Of a DNA stretch of 56,396 nt, positions 41,842 to 51,776 are shown piece after piece. Under the pieces are notes generated by a model. That model saw only the letters and a program-made list of their open reading frames with translations. It was not told the DNA's origin and did no database searches. The DNA comes from a virus, in the IMG/VR virus record IMGVR_UViG_3300045988_043442, positions 1 to 56,396 of that record; one strand, 5' to 3'. Positions within the stretch are counted from its first letter, which is position 1. Every line of letters starts with the position of its first letter. The translations under genes and the position numbers were made by a program.

Positions 41842-43757
41842 TATTAAAAAAGGTAGTGCTTGAAAACTTTATGTGCTATGCACACGCAGAATTTGATTTT
41901 TACGCCATTACAAAGATTGTGGCTAAGAATGGCAAAGGTAAGTCAACTATTGCCACAGCTTATCTGTGGTGCTTATTCAACTGCGATTATGAGTTAAAGG
42001 ATAATCCGGTTGTAAGACGAGAAGTTGACGGAAAGTCCGTTGATGATATGGACACAAGTGTTGAACTTACACTTGATGTTGACGGAAAAGAAGTAACTAT
42101 GAAGAAAGTGCAGAAGAGGACTTACAGCAAGGACGGCAACAGCTATAAGGATGATAGCAAGTATTTTGTCAATGATGTTCCTAAGACCTTAAAGGATTTT
42201 AACGCATATCTTGATGTTGATATGAATGTATTTAAGATGTGCAGTAACGTAAACGCATTTCTTAATCAGAAACCAGCGGAAATGCGTGAATACTTATTCG
42301 GCCTTGTGGGAGATGTTACAAACCTTGATATTGCTTCACAGAAAGCTGAATTAGCCGAGTTAGTTCCTTTGCTTAATAAATACACAGTTGAAGAATTATC
42401 CGCTATGAATAAGGCTACCAAGACCAAGATTGCAAAGGATTTGCCTATTCTTGACGGACAGATTAAGGAAAAGGAAAGAGATATACAGCTTAAACAGGCT
42501 ATTGAAGTATCCGACCTTGAATTACAGAAAAACAGTCTTAAAGAGCAGATTACTGATTGTGTGGCAAAGCAGACCGACAATGACAAGCTGATAGCTGAAT
42601 ATGACAAGGCTAGTTCGGATATTCTCAATCTTAAATTTGAGCTTAGTGATATGTCACGCAAAGCCAATGAGGAAAATGTTAAGGCTAGGAGAAATCTTAA
42701 ATCACAGATTAGTAACCTTAATTATGTGATTGAGGATAGTAAGAAGTCAATCAGCAATGCAAAGAATGTCGTTGGCTTTGATAAAGATAAGATAGCTGAA
42801 TATCAGAAAACACTTGATGATAGCAGAACCGAATGGAAAGCCGAAAAAGAGCGTGTATTTGACGAGAATAACCTTATTTGCCCTTATTGCAAACAGGAAT
42901 ACCCAGAGGATAAGAAAGAAGAATTAAGGGCAGATTTTAAGACACACAAAGAAGCAGAACTTAACAGAATTACCGATAAAGGCAACACAGCTAAGAAAAT
43001 GCTTGATGAAGTCAAAGGATTGTTAGTTGGAGCTGAACAGGAATTGGCTGACAGAAAGCAGAAGTTAGAAAAACATTTAGTGGATTTAGCAGACCTTGAA
43101 AAACAGTTATCAGAACTTCCGCAGGAAATTGATGTGTCAGCCACAGAAGAATACAAAGCACTCGAACAGAAGATAGCTGAAAAGGAACAGGCTATGCACA
43201 AGGCTAATGATATTTCAGCAGTCAAGGCTGAATTAAAGGCACAGGAAACAGCTTTAAGGCAGCAGTTAGCAGAATGTGAAAGTCAGATTGCAAAGTCTGA
43301 TACGGCAGCAGACGAGCAGCGACTTGAAGAATTAAGGCAGACAAGGATTGATTCTGAACAGAATAAGGCTAATGCCGAGAAAATCCTTGATTTGCTTGAT
43401 GAACTTGACAAGGCAAAGAATGAAGCCTTGACAGAAGCAGTAAACAGTCATTTTGGGTTAGTTAAGTGGCAGTTGTTTGAATATGCCAAGAATAGCAATT
43501 ACAAGAGTTGTTGCATACCTACTGTTGACGGAAAGAGCATTTTAACAACTATGAGTAACAAGGGCAACAGGATTTTAGGCAGGGTTGACATTTGCAATTC
43601 TATCCAGAAGATTAGCGGTATGTCAGCACCTATTGTTTTAGATGATTCTGAAAGCCTTAGTACAGATAATCAGAAAAAAGTTGCTGAAATGGTAGATAGT
43701 CAGTTGATTATGCTGATTGTTAATGATAGCGAGAAATTAGAGATTACGGAGGGATAA
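41823..43757 (+). CDS. SMC/Rad50-like AAA ATPase
   Basis: N-terminal LENFMCY...AKNGKGKST Walker A, long central coiled coil, C-terminal VLDDSESL Walker B-like motif. Confidence 0.75.
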   Translation: MFMERVILKKVVLENFMCYAHAEFDFYAITKIVAKNGKGKSTIATAYLWCLFNCDYELKDNPVVRREVDGKSVDDMDTSVELTLDVDGKEVTMKKVQKRTYSKDGNSYKDDSKYFVNDVPKTLKDFNAYLDVDMNVFKMCSNVNAFLNQKPAEMREYLFGLVGDVTNLDIASQKAELAELVPLLNKYTVEELSAMNKATKTKIAKDLPILDGQIKEKERDIQLKQAIEVSDLELQKNSLKEQITDCVAKQTDNDKLIAEYDKASSDILNLKFELSDMSRKANEENVKARRNLKSQISNLNYVIEDSKKSISNAKNVVGFDKDKIAEYQKTLDDSRTEWKAEKERVFDENNLICPYCKQEYPEDKKEELRADFKTHKEAELNRITDKGNTAKKMLDEVKGLLVGAEQELADRKQKLEKHLVDLADLEKQLSELPQEIDVSATEEYKALEQKIAEKEQAMHKANDISAVKAELKAQETALRQQLAECESQIAKSDTAADEQRLEELRQTRIDSEQNKANAEKILDLLDELDKAKNEALTEAVNSHFGLVKWQLFEYAKNSNYKSCCIPTVDGKSILTTMSNKGNRILGRVDICNSIQKISGMSAPIVLDDSESLSTDNQKKVAEMVDSQLIMLIVNDSEKLEITEG

Positions 43758-43762
43758 TCACT

Positions 43763-44302
43763 ATGAATGACAGATATGTTGTAGAACGTGAGTTTGAGCA
43801 CGCTGGGTATAAATGTGTTGTTACATTTGGCGTAACAGGGCATAGGTGCGGATATGTAGGCATTCCTAAAAACCACCCTTTATATGGTAAAGAGTATTCA
43901 GACTATCTTGAAATTAAGAAAGCAGATGTCGGAGACCGAAAAATAAGCGGTATTTTCCCTTTACTTGGAGCTTGCCTTGATAAAGACGAAAGAATACGAA
44001 TTGAAGCATATTTTCAATGCCACGGCGGTATTACCTTTGCGAATGGTGGAGAAAATTCAAACTATCCAATAGAAAGTGATTTATGGTGGTTTGGATTTGA
44101 CTGCGCACATTGTGACGATGCAAAAGAATTTGGACTTGCTTACGAGAGATTTCCTAATTATAGAAAAAGTCTTTTTATACAAATGGAGATTGAAAGTAAA
44201 TTTCATATTGATGGGTTGATAATCCGCACAGAGGAATATGTAGCAGAAGAGTGCAAGAAGTTAGCAGAACAGTTGAAAAAGTTTGAAGAAAGTGAGGATT
44301 AA
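43763..44302 (+). CDS. Hypothetical protein
   Basis: GHRCGYVGIP...CHGGITF...FGFDCAH motifs. Family not recognised. Confidence 0.55.
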   Translation: MNDRYVVEREFEHAGYKCVVTFGVTGHRCGYVGIPKNHPLYGKEYSDYLEIKKADVGDRKISGIFPLLGACLDKDERIRIEAYFQCHGGITFANGGENSNYPIESDLWWFGFDCAHCDDAKEFGLAYERFPNYRKSLFIQMEIESKFHIDGLIIRTEEYVAEECKKLAEQLKKFEESED

Positions 44303-44304
44303 TT

Positions 44305-45375
44305 ATGGCAGAGAATACAGCAGTTGCGGAAAAGAAAGCGTTTACCACCTCATTAAGTGAGTGGAGTAATACAATGACAGGACTTATTATCAATGATTAT
44401 AAGGCTGTTGGAATGGATATGGACGATTACGCAAAAGAGTGTGCTATGGAAGCTATGACGAGCATATTCAATCTTGTTAAGAGTGACCCTAAGATTGATA
44501 TGAGAAACCTTGATACAAGCAATCTAAGAGGCATTGTCAAGCGTTGTGCAAGCCTTAAGTTAAATGCTAGTGCATACCCAAGAGAGTGCTATTTTCAGTT
44601 AAGGAATGTAAAAATAGGAGTTGACCCGCAGACAGGCAAGGATGTATGGCAGAAACAGGTTGAAATGGGAATCGAGGGTACAGGTTATGACTCTTTGCTT
44701 GCCAACTATGGAAAAGATGTTAAGCAGGTTTATCCGTACTGGGTAATTAAAGAGGGTGACAAGTACATACCACCTAAGCATAAAGGACTTACAGTTACAG
44801 AGCCGGAGTGGGAAGAAAGCGGATTATCTGATAAAGCGGTAAGAGTTGTATATCCTGTTAAGCTGTTAGACGGAACAGTAACATATCTTTCTGCTGATAG
44901 AGATAGTGTTAAGGTAAATCTTTTAGCTCATGTTAAGCAAAACATAATGAATGAGACTTTTGGTATCTGTGAGGATAGATACCACGCCACACCAAAGCAG
45001 AAAGCAGAAATTAAGGCTAAGAAAGACGAGATACTCAATGCCTTAAGAGTGTGCAAGACGGTTGATGAAATGCTTGAATGTGAGCTTGCAAGACCTTTTA
45101 TAAGCGGTGCTTGGCTTGATACCCCAGAGAGTATGATACAGAGAAAAATGTGTAACAATGCAACAAGGAAATACCCTAAGAATTATGACCCGATGGCAAG
45201 ACAGGCGCAAGTTGAAATGGACGAGGTATATCAAGTTGCACAGGCTGAAATTGCTGAAAATGCTAATACTGTTGAGTTTATAGAAGATAAGGCAGATGTA
45301 GTTGACGACACAGCCGCAGAAGCAACCGAAGAACAGGCAGAAGATAGCACATTACCGCCATTTATGCAGGAGTAA
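44305..45375 (+). CDS. RecT-like single-strand annealing protein
   Basis: Position beside the ATPase. IVKRCASLKLNASAYPRECYFQLRN resembles the RecT core. Acidic tail. Confidence 0.5.
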   Translation: MAENTAVAEKKAFTTSLSEWSNTMTGLIINDYKAVGMDMDDYAKECAMEAMTSIFNLVKSDPKIDMRNLDTSNLRGIVKRCASLKLNASAYPRECYFQLRNVKIGVDPQTGKDVWQKQVEMGIEGTGYDSLLANYGKDVKQVYPYWVIKEGDKYIPPKHKGLTVTEPEWEESGLSDKAVRVVYPVKLLDGTVTYLSADRDSVKVNLLAHVKQNIMNETFGICEDRYHATPKQKAEIKAKKDEILNALRVCKTVDEMLECELARPFISGAWLDTPESMIQRKMCNNATRKYPKNYDPMARQAQVEMDEVYQVAQAEIAENANTVEFIEDKADVVDDTAAEATEEQAEDSTLPPFMQE

Positions 45376-45379
45376 GCCT

Positions 45380-45769
45380 ATGAAATCAGCAAGTTTAGAA
45401 CAGATGATGGCTGATATGAATAATGGCACTTATGATTTGACTTGCAACGGAGAATGTACTCAATGCGGTAATTGTTGTAGTAACTTACTTCCTATGACAG
45501 AAGATGAAATTGCAACAATCCGCAGGTACATCAAAAAACATCATATCAAGCAACATAGACATAATTATCCGACAGCTACACCAACAATGGATATGACTTG
45601 TCCGTTTCTTAATGACGATAAGTCAAAAGAAAAGTGTGAGATTTATTCAATTAGACCAAGGATTTGCAGAGAGTTTATCTGTTGCCCGAGTAAAAGACCA
45701 CCGATTGATGATTGGGGTTACAAATTAAAGTGCAAGATAGTTGACGTCAGAAAGGAGTTTTACGGATGA
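45380..45769 (+). CDS. YkgJ-family Cys-cluster (CxxCxxCC) protein
   Basis: CTQCGNCCSN...CPFL...CEIYSIRPRICREF. Confidence 0.7.
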   Translation: MKSASLEQMMADMNNGTYDLTCNGECTQCGNCCSNLLPMTEDEIATIRRYIKKHHIKQHRHNYPTATPTMDMTCPFLNDDKSKEKCEIYSIRPRICREFICCPSKRPPIDDWGYKLKCKIVDVRKEFYG

Positions 45770-46122
45770 GAGTAATTTCACAGGACGGAACAATGGATAT
45801 GCCATATGAAATGAGTACTATGTGGTGTGATGATGATGGGGCTGTGCTTTTGCAACCCATCGGAGAAATAGGAGAATATCAGACATTTGCTAAATATTTC
45901 ACCAAAGCAAAGGCAATTAAGGCCATGGAAATGCTTAGAGAAGCATATGTCGGTATGCCTATCGTAATGCAGAATGTTGATATTTCGGAAGATGTGGCAA
46001 AGGAATTTGAAAGATTAAAGAAATGTGGCATTATGGCACGAACAGAAAATCAGCCGTCAAAAGTAGATTTTATTAACAATGTTGTTTTTCAGTTCCCACA
46101 GGATGATGAAATCGAGGTGTGA
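45766..46122 (+). CDS. Hypothetical protein
   Basis: ORF with a 4-nt overlap. Confidence 0.5.
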   Translation: MRVISQDGTMDMPYEMSTMWCDDDGAVLLQPIGEIGEYQTFAKYFTKAKAIKAMEMLREAYVGMPIVMQNVDISEDVAKEFERLKKCGIMARTENQPSKVDFINNVVFQFPQDDEIEV

Positions 46123-46124
46123 GT

Positions 46125-46352
46125 ATGTCAGTTGAAGAAATCCGCAAATGTGATAGATGCGGAAAGCCTTTTGAGTACAGTTTGTCTAAATGGGCTGGAT
46201 ATTTTAAATATGGTATCAAAAAAGAAAATCGACTGTGCTTTCATTCAATGTTTTATGGTAATCCAGATGGCTATTCATATGTAGATTATAGATATGACCT
46301 TTGTGCTGATTGTACAGAAAAATTATTATTGTTTTTGCGAAGTAGTGAGTAA
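46125..46352 (+). CDS. Hypothetical Zn-ribbon protein
   Basis: CDRCG...CADC. Confidence 0.45.
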   Translation: MSVEEIRKCDRCGKPFEYSLSKWAGYFKYGIKKENRLCFHSMFYGNPDGYSYVDYRYDLCADCTEKLLLFLRSSE

Positions 46353-46366
46353 AGGAGAAGATGTAA

Positions 46367-47121
46367 ATGTACTTAAAATGTTTAGGCTCATCGTCAGCCG
46401 GAAATTGCTATCTGCTAACTTCCAACAGTGGAGAAACACTTATCCTTGATTGTGGGATACCGATTAAGGAGATTAAAAAAGGCTTGAATTGGCACATAAG
46501 GGGGATAAAGGGTGTGATTATAAGTCACACCCACCTACCCTAGACCACAGCAAGTCATTAAACGATTTTAAATCAATGGGAATACCGATTTATGCACCAT
46601 ATATACAATACGCACAACACGAGGGCATACATCGTTATCACACGATACCATTTAGCAGCTTTAAAGTTAAGGCATTTGACCTAACAACAATAGATGGGAG
46701 CTGGACACACACAGACGCAAACGGCGAACCTTGCCCGATATATGGCTTTCTGATTACTCACAAGGAAATGGGAAGAATGCTTTATATAACCGATTGTGAA
46801 CTAATCAAATGGAGATTTAAAGACATAAACCACATTCTCTTAGGTGTGAATTATGACAAGGATTTAATTGACAGGGATAATACAGGCAAAGCTAATCACG
46901 TTTTCAGAGGTCATTTATCCATTGACACGGCTTGCGATTTTGTTAAGGCAAATTATTCAGATAGTTTGCAGAACGTCATAATGTGCCATCTATCAAGTGA
47001 AAATGCTGATAGAGATAGTTTTATCGAGAAGATGAAAAAAGTTGCTTGTGGGGCGAATGTGGACGTTGCGGTAGCAGGGAAAAGTTGGGATTTGAAAAAT
47101 CCTAGCGAATGTCCGTTTTAG
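46367..47121 (+). pseudogene. MBL-fold metallo-hydrolase interrupted by a 5-nt insertion in the HxHxDH motif
   Basis: Frame A: MYLKCLGSSSAGNCYLL...VIISHTHLP-stop at 46541. Frame B continues LDHSKSLNDF... Removing CTACC restores SHTHLDHS. Confidence 0.7.
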
Positions 47122-47133
47122 AAAGGAGATTAT

Positions 47134-47286
47134 ATGGCTAAATATAAAGATATTTTGGGAAATGTAAGAGAGTATGAGGACAATACAATAACAATCAGCC
47201 TTGAAAGATACAATACTTTGATTATCAAAGAAGCTATTGCCGATTGTCTTGTAGAAGCCAAGACGAAAGAGAAAGAAGATAATTAA
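47134..47286 (+). CDS. Hypothetical 50-aa protein
   Basis: AAAGGAG RBS. Confidence 0.45.
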   Translation: MAKYKDILGNVREYEDNTITISLERYNTLIIKEAIADCLVEAKTKEKEDN

Positions 47287-47303
47287 GAGGGAAAGGAGCA
47301 GTA

Positions 47304-47750
47304 ATGGAGAAACTAACGATTGATGAGATAATTGAGCACTGCGACAGAAAAACAGGGATGTACGAAAAGGCTTGCGATATTAAGTATCTCGAAACAACTA
47401 TGAATAATTCTACAAAGGAGTATTGGGAGCATAAACAAGTTGCTGAATATTTAAGAAAGTTCAAAGACTATGAGGACTTAGAAGAACAGGGCAGACTTGT
47501 AAAATTGCCTTGTAATAGAGGAGATAAAATTTACTTTATTAAATCTGCTTTTTCAATGGCACATTTCCCTATAGAAGCAAGGATAACAAGCATTTGTGGA
47601 ATTGATTGTGACAGTGATGTAATGTATTCGTCAATTACGGAATATAACAAAATTGATAGAAGATTTAAAAGTTCTGATATAGGCAAAACAGTATTCCTCA
47701 CAAAATCAGAAGCCGAAGCCAAACTGAAAGAATTGAGAGGTGGAGAATGA
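47304..47750 (+). CDS. Hypothetical protein
   Basis: AAAGGAG RBS. Confidence 0.55.
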   Translation: MEKLTIDEIIEHCDRKTGMYEKACDIKYLETTMNNSTKEYWEHKQVAEYLRKFKDYEDLEEQGRLVKLPCNRGDKIYFIKSAFSMAHFPIEARITSICGIDCDSDVMYSSITEYNKIDRRFKSSDIGKTVFLTKSEAEAKLKELRGGE

Positions 47751-47926
47751 AAGTATTCAAATGGGATGATTACTATGATACAGAACATTGCCCTCATTGT
47801 GGCAGACTAAGGCTTATGATAGCCCGTACAGAATATGGAACTAAAAGAGTTTGCGAAAAGTGCGGATGGTGCGTTGAGGATAATAACTACTTTGTGGAAG
47901 ATGAAACAATCGAGGAAGAGAGGTAA
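47747..47926 (+). CDS. Hypothetical Zn-ribbon protein (59 aa)
   Basis: CPHCG...CEKCGWC. ATGA overlap. Confidence 0.45.
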   Translation: MKVFKWDDYYDTEHCPHCGRLRLMIARTEYGTKRVCEKCGWCVEDNNYFVEDETIEEER

Positions 47927-47930
47927 GGAA

Positions 47931-48143
47931 ATGGGTAATAACTGTAATTGTAAACACAATCACAACTCTAATTCAGATGAGCCTTGTTGCAGATGTGATA
48001 GCAAACAGACCAATGCCGACAGGATAAGGAATATGCCGGATAAAGAGTTAGCAGAGTTTCTTATAACTTTTAAGAATACATTCGGCGAAGAATACGAGGG
48101 AGAAGCTAGTTGTATGGATTGGCTTCAATCAGAAGCAGAATAG
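47931..48143 (+). CDS. Hypothetical Cys/Asn-rich protein
   Basis: ATG lies behind AGGTAAGGAA. Confidence 0.45.
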   Translation: MGNNCNCKHNHNSNSDEPCCRCDSKQTNADRIRNMPDKELAEFLITFKNTFGEEYEGEASCMDWLQSEAE

Positions 48144-48151
48144 GAGAGAAT

Positions 48152-48625
48152 ATGGCAAAAATATTCAGATTTAGCGGCTATTTAGTTTCCAATCGTGAAA
48201 ATATTTCACTTGAGGATATATATGATGATATAAGCAATGTAGGATATGCCGAAAATTGGCAGCAGTTACATATCGAACAGTCGGAAGAATTTAATCTTGA
48301 TGGCGAAGATAAGCCAAACTGCGACCTTGCGTTACTCACAAGGCACTTTAAGGCAGATAACATCAGTACAGAATTTGACAGACCTTTACCGCAGAAAGGC
48401 GAGAAATATAAGCATTTTAAGATTGGTAAGATTGTTACTATTATCGGTATTTCAAGGCATACCGAGACAGAAGAAATATCAGTTGTATATGAATATGAGG
48501 GGCATATCTGGAATAGACCTCTTGAGACGTTTATGAGCGAGGTTGATAAGGAAAAATACCCTAATGCAGAACAGAAATACAGATTTGAAAGGCTTAGTGA
48601 TGTTTTGGTGCGAGAAAGAAAATAG
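48152..48625 (+). CDS. Protein with a C-terminal DUF1653-like domain
   Basis: YKHFKIGKIVTIIGISRHTETEEISVVYEYEGHIWNRPLETF. Confidence 0.6.
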   Translation: MAKIFRFSGYLVSNRENISLEDIYDDISNVGYAENWQQLHIEQSEEFNLDGEDKPNCDLALLTRHFKADNISTEFDRPLPQKGEKYKHFKIGKIVTIIGISRHTETEEISVVYEYEGHIWNRPLETFMSEVDKEKYPNAEQKYRFERLSDVLVRERK

Positions 48626-48727
48626 GTGGTGCTCAGTTTGGAGTTGCGACGGAAAGGAATGCGAATTTGGCGAATTTTTAGCACTTGCAGTAGACAATGT
48701 GGAAGCAGAAGAAAGTGAGGGAAAATA

Positions 48728-49159
48728 ATGAACAGAGTAATTTTATGTGGCAGACTGACTAGAGACCCAGAGATTAGATATTCACAGACAGTAAACGGAA
48801 GTATGGCAGTAGCAAGATACACATTAGCTGTTGACAGAGCTTTCAAGAAAGAGGGCGAACAGGCAGCAGACTTTATTTCCTGCGTAGCATTTGGCAAGAA
48901 CGGAGAGTTTGCGGAGAAGTATCTTCATCAGGGAACTAAGATTATCGTTGAGGGCAGATGGCAGACAGGCAATTACACTAACAAGGACGGACAGAAAGTC
49001 TACACTAATGATTGTGTTGTTGAAAGACACGAATTTTGTGAAAGCCGTGCTAATCAGCAGAACAACAGTAACAATGGAATTATGGGCGGTAATGCTAGTT
49101 CAGACAGCTTTATGTCAATCCCAGATGGCGTAGCTGACGAGGGATTACCATTTAATTAA
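48728..49159 (+). CDS. ssb: Single-stranded DNA-binding protein
   Basis: MNRVILCGRLTRDPEIRY...FISCVAFGK...GRWQTGNY. Acidic tip DEGLPFN. Confidence 0.9.
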   Translation: MNRVILCGRLTRDPEIRYSQTVNGSMAVARYTLAVDRAFKKEGEQAADFISCVAFGKNGEFAEKYLHQGTKIIVEGRWQTGNYTNKDGQKVYTNDCVVERHEFCESRANQQNNSNNGIMGGNASSDSFMSIPDGVADEGLPFN

Positions 49160-49171
49160 AGAGGTGTGAGT

Positions 49172-49657
49172 ATGACAGAGAATGAAGCAATAGAAAAACT
49201 GAAAAATATGAGATTGTTTATGCAGATTGAGGACGAGAACAACGACTGCAAGTTTGTAGAAGATGATTATAAAGCTAACGAAATGGCAATACAGGCACTT
49301 GAAACAATCAAGAAGCTATCTGACCGCAAAATGACAGTAGAAGTCCTTGAAAACTATATGCAGTTTGAAGATGAATGTGTTAAGAAAAGCTTTACATTTA
49401 AGAGTGTGATTGAAGCTAGAGAAAAGCAGATACCAAGGAAGCCTATTTTAAAAAATGGAGAAACCGGGAGTTTTGTTGATTATGAGAATGGGCACGGAGA
49501 ATATAGAGTAATAAAATGGCAAGATTGGGTATGCCCTATTTGCGGTTGGTTTGTCGGACAGAGATATAATCGGTCTCAAAACCATTCACACGACCAAAGG
49601 AAATGTAATTACTGCAATGAGTGCGGTCAAAAAATTGATTGGAGTGATAACGCTTGA
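49172..49657 (+). CDS. Hypothetical protein with C-terminal Zn ribbons
   Basis: CPICGW...CNYCNECG. Confidence 0.5.
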   Translation: MTENEAIEKLKNMRLFMQIEDENNDCKFVEDDYKANEMAIQALETIKKLSDRKMTVEVLENYMQFEDECVKKSFTFKSVIEAREKQIPRKPILKNGETGSFVDYENGHGEYRVIKWQDWVCPICGWFVGQRYNRSQNHSHDQRKCNYCNECGQKIDWSDNA

Positions 49658-50259
49658 ATTATCAGAACATAGCAAGAGCTAAGGCAATAGAGAAAAGTAA
49701 TAAGCAAAGGCTACTAAAGATAAATCCAAAACTTGATGATAAGAGTGGTATTTATTTTTTGACCAGAGTTGACGAGAACAATATTCCTTATTTTTACATC
49801 GGGCAAGCACTACACCTATCGCAGAGGATGTGTGGTCACCTTGTAGGGTATCAGCACATAGATTTATCAATCAAGAAAAGGGGATTTTATAGCAAAGATA
49901 ATCCTTATGGTTGGAAACTAAACTTTATTCATTACCCAGAAAACGAACTTGATAAATGGGAGCAGTACTGGATATTAGAGTACACCAAAAAAGGCTATCA
50001 ATGTAGATACAACAAGACAGCAGGCGGTCAGGGAGAGGGTAAGGAAAAGATAAATGAGTTTAAGCCCTCTAAAGGTTATCGTGACGGCATACAGCAAGGT
50101 AAAAAGGTGTTAGCAAGGGAATTATCCTCTATCGCTGAAAAGCACCTTATAATCCGCTTAAAGCCAGAAAAAGAGCACAACAAGGTATCGCAGAAGCAAT
50201 ACGAGAAGTTTATGAATTTATTGAAAGTGGGTGAAAACAATGCTAATTCCGAAAGTTAA
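49654..50259 (+). CDS. GIY-YIG domain nuclease
   Basis: SGIYFLT...YFYIGQALHLSQRMCGH...E.YWILEY...YNKTAGG. Confidence 0.7.
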   Translation: MNYQNIARAKAIEKSNKQRLLKINPKLDDKSGIYFLTRVDENNIPYFYIGQALHLSQRMCGHLVGYQHIDLSIKKRGFYSKDNPYGWKLNFIHYPENELDKWEQYWILEYTKKGYQCRYNKTAGGQGEGKEKINEFKPSKGYRDGIQQGKKVLARELSSIAEKHLIIRLKPEKEHNKVSQKQYEKFMNLLKVGENNANSES

Positions 50260-50533
50260 AGCCAAAGAGTTTGAAAAATTCGGATTTAAGAAGTGCAAGG
50301 GCGAGTATGGCAAGAATGGTTGTTATTACCTTTGCGTTGCAAGGGGGTGCAAAATGCTTTTTGTCAGTGATGTGCGTTTTGATGTTAATAATTGGAAAGA
50401 TAATGACTCAAGAATACACAAGGACGCAAATTGCCGATACAGAGACCGCAGGACATATCTTGATATTGTTTATGAACTAATCAAGGCAGATATGCTTGTA
50501 AGCGATTGTTTGAAAGTGGGTGATTCAGAGTGA
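50240..50533 (+). CDS. Hypothetical protein
   Basis: ORF in the early array. Confidence 0.45.
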   Translation: MLIPKVKAKEFEKFGFKKCKGEYGKNGCYYLCVARGCKMLFVSDVRFDVNNWKDNDSRIHKDANCRYRDRRTYLDIVYELIKADMLVSDCLKVGDSE

Positions 50534-50670
50534 ATGATTGTAAAGGCTGTAGATACGAAAACAGCACAGATATAAATGTACATTTAGAATTTTGTACGAA
50601 TTGCAAAAGAGCCTATTCCAATGAAGAAGATAGGGAATTTCACGAAGATAAGTATAGGACTATAGACTAA
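50530..50670 (+). CDS. Hypothetical Zn-ribbon peptide (46 aa, GTG start)
   Basis: CKGC...CTNC. GTGA overlap. Confidence 0.3.
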   Translation: MNDCKGCRYENSTDINVHLEFCTNCKRAYSNEEDREFHEDKYRTID

Positions 50671-50733
50671 AAATCAAAGAAAGGAATAGGTTGTCGCGAC
50701 ATAAAACCGAGGTTTCCTTTTGGTAGATTTAGA

Positions 50734-51588
50734 ATGTATAAAAAGAAGATTAAATGCGAGATATATCGTGATTCTATGCAGAATTACAAGAAATATGCAA
50801 TACCCCCAGCACAGCTTATTATTGCTGATGTTCCTTACAATGTAGGAACTAACTTCTATGGAAGTAACCCTATGTGGTACAACGGTGGCGATAATAAGAA
50901 CGGAGAGAGCAAACTTGCGAAGAAAGCAGCTTTCAATTCAGATTTTAACTTTAATTTGTATGAATACTTCCATTTTTGTTCAAAGATGTTGAAGAAAGAA
51001 GATACAAAACCTATCGCAAGGGGGAGAAGTAGTAATAGCCCTTGTATGATTGTATTTTGTTCATTTGAACAGTTGTCAACATTGATTGCCGCCGCAAAGA
51101 AACACGGATTTGTTAATTACATACCGCTTGTATTCTGTAAAAATTACAGTCCACAGGTGCTTAAAGCAAATATGCGTATCGTTGGTGCTACGGAATATGC
51201 ACTTGTACTGTACCGAAATAAGTTGCCGAAATTCAGAAATGGTTTGCAGATTGATGAAAAAGGAAAGAATATCAGAGGTACAGGACATATGGTGTTTAAT
51301 TGGTTCAACTGGGAGAAAGACGGAAAAGATGTACCCAAGATACATCCCGCACAAAAGCCTGTAGCAGTCCTTAAAAAACTGATTGAGATTTTTACAGACG
51401 AGGGAGATGTTGTTATTGACCCTTGTTGCGGTAGCGGTAGCACACTAAGAGCCGCCGCAGAACTTGGCAGAAGTGCATACGGATTCGAGATTGACAGAAA
51501 CTTTTACGAGCGTGCCAAGAATGAAATGCTTGTATTTGAAAAGGATAATCAAATGGATATAAGCGATTTTATAGGAGATACAGTATGA
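50734..51588 (+). CDS. DNA methyltransferase (beta-class N6A/N4C, N6_N4_Mtase family)
   Basis: Motif IV-like DVPYN precedes motif I VIDPCCGSGSTLRAA. No adjacent restriction endonuclease gene was recognised. Confidence 0.85.
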   Translation: MYKKKIKCEIYRDSMQNYKKYAIPPAQLIIADVPYNVGTNFYGSNPMWYNGGDNKNGESKLAKKAAFNSDFNFNLYEYFHFCSKMLKKEDTKPIARGRSSNSPCMIVFCSFEQLSTLIAAAKKHGFVNYIPLVFCKNYSPQVLKANMRIVGATEYALVLYRNKLPKFRNGLQIDEKGKNIRGTGHMVFNWFNWEKDGKDVPKIHPAQKPVAVLKKLIEIFTDEGDVVIDPCCGSGSTLRAAAELGRSAYGFEIDRNFYERAKNEMLVFEKDNQMDISDFIGDTV

Positions 51589-51776
51589 AAGACGAAACAA
51601 AGCAGGAAATACAGATTTTACTTGACCTACTCAAAGGCAGTCTTACAAGAAATGGTGTAAGTATGGCAACAGACAATAGCGGCAACATGATGTTCTTTGA
51701 TACATCTGCCTATGTTAGAAGTAAAGGTAAGGAATTTGACGGATTTAGAATTAACATCAACGATTTAGTGAAGTAA
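51585..51776 (+). CDS. Hypothetical protein
   Basis: 4-nt overlap with the upstream gene. Confidence 0.45.
   Translation: MKDETKQEIQILLDLLKGSLTRNGVSMATDNSGNMMFFDTSAYVRSKGKEFDGFRININDLVK

Noticed and set aside
48178-48897. 239-aa minus-strand ORF, the longest antisense ORF in the window
   Set aside because: It is antisense to several well-supported plus-strand genes, including the canonical SSB. Its Ser/Leu/Cys-rich composition is typical of the reverse frame of coding DNA, and it has no RBS.
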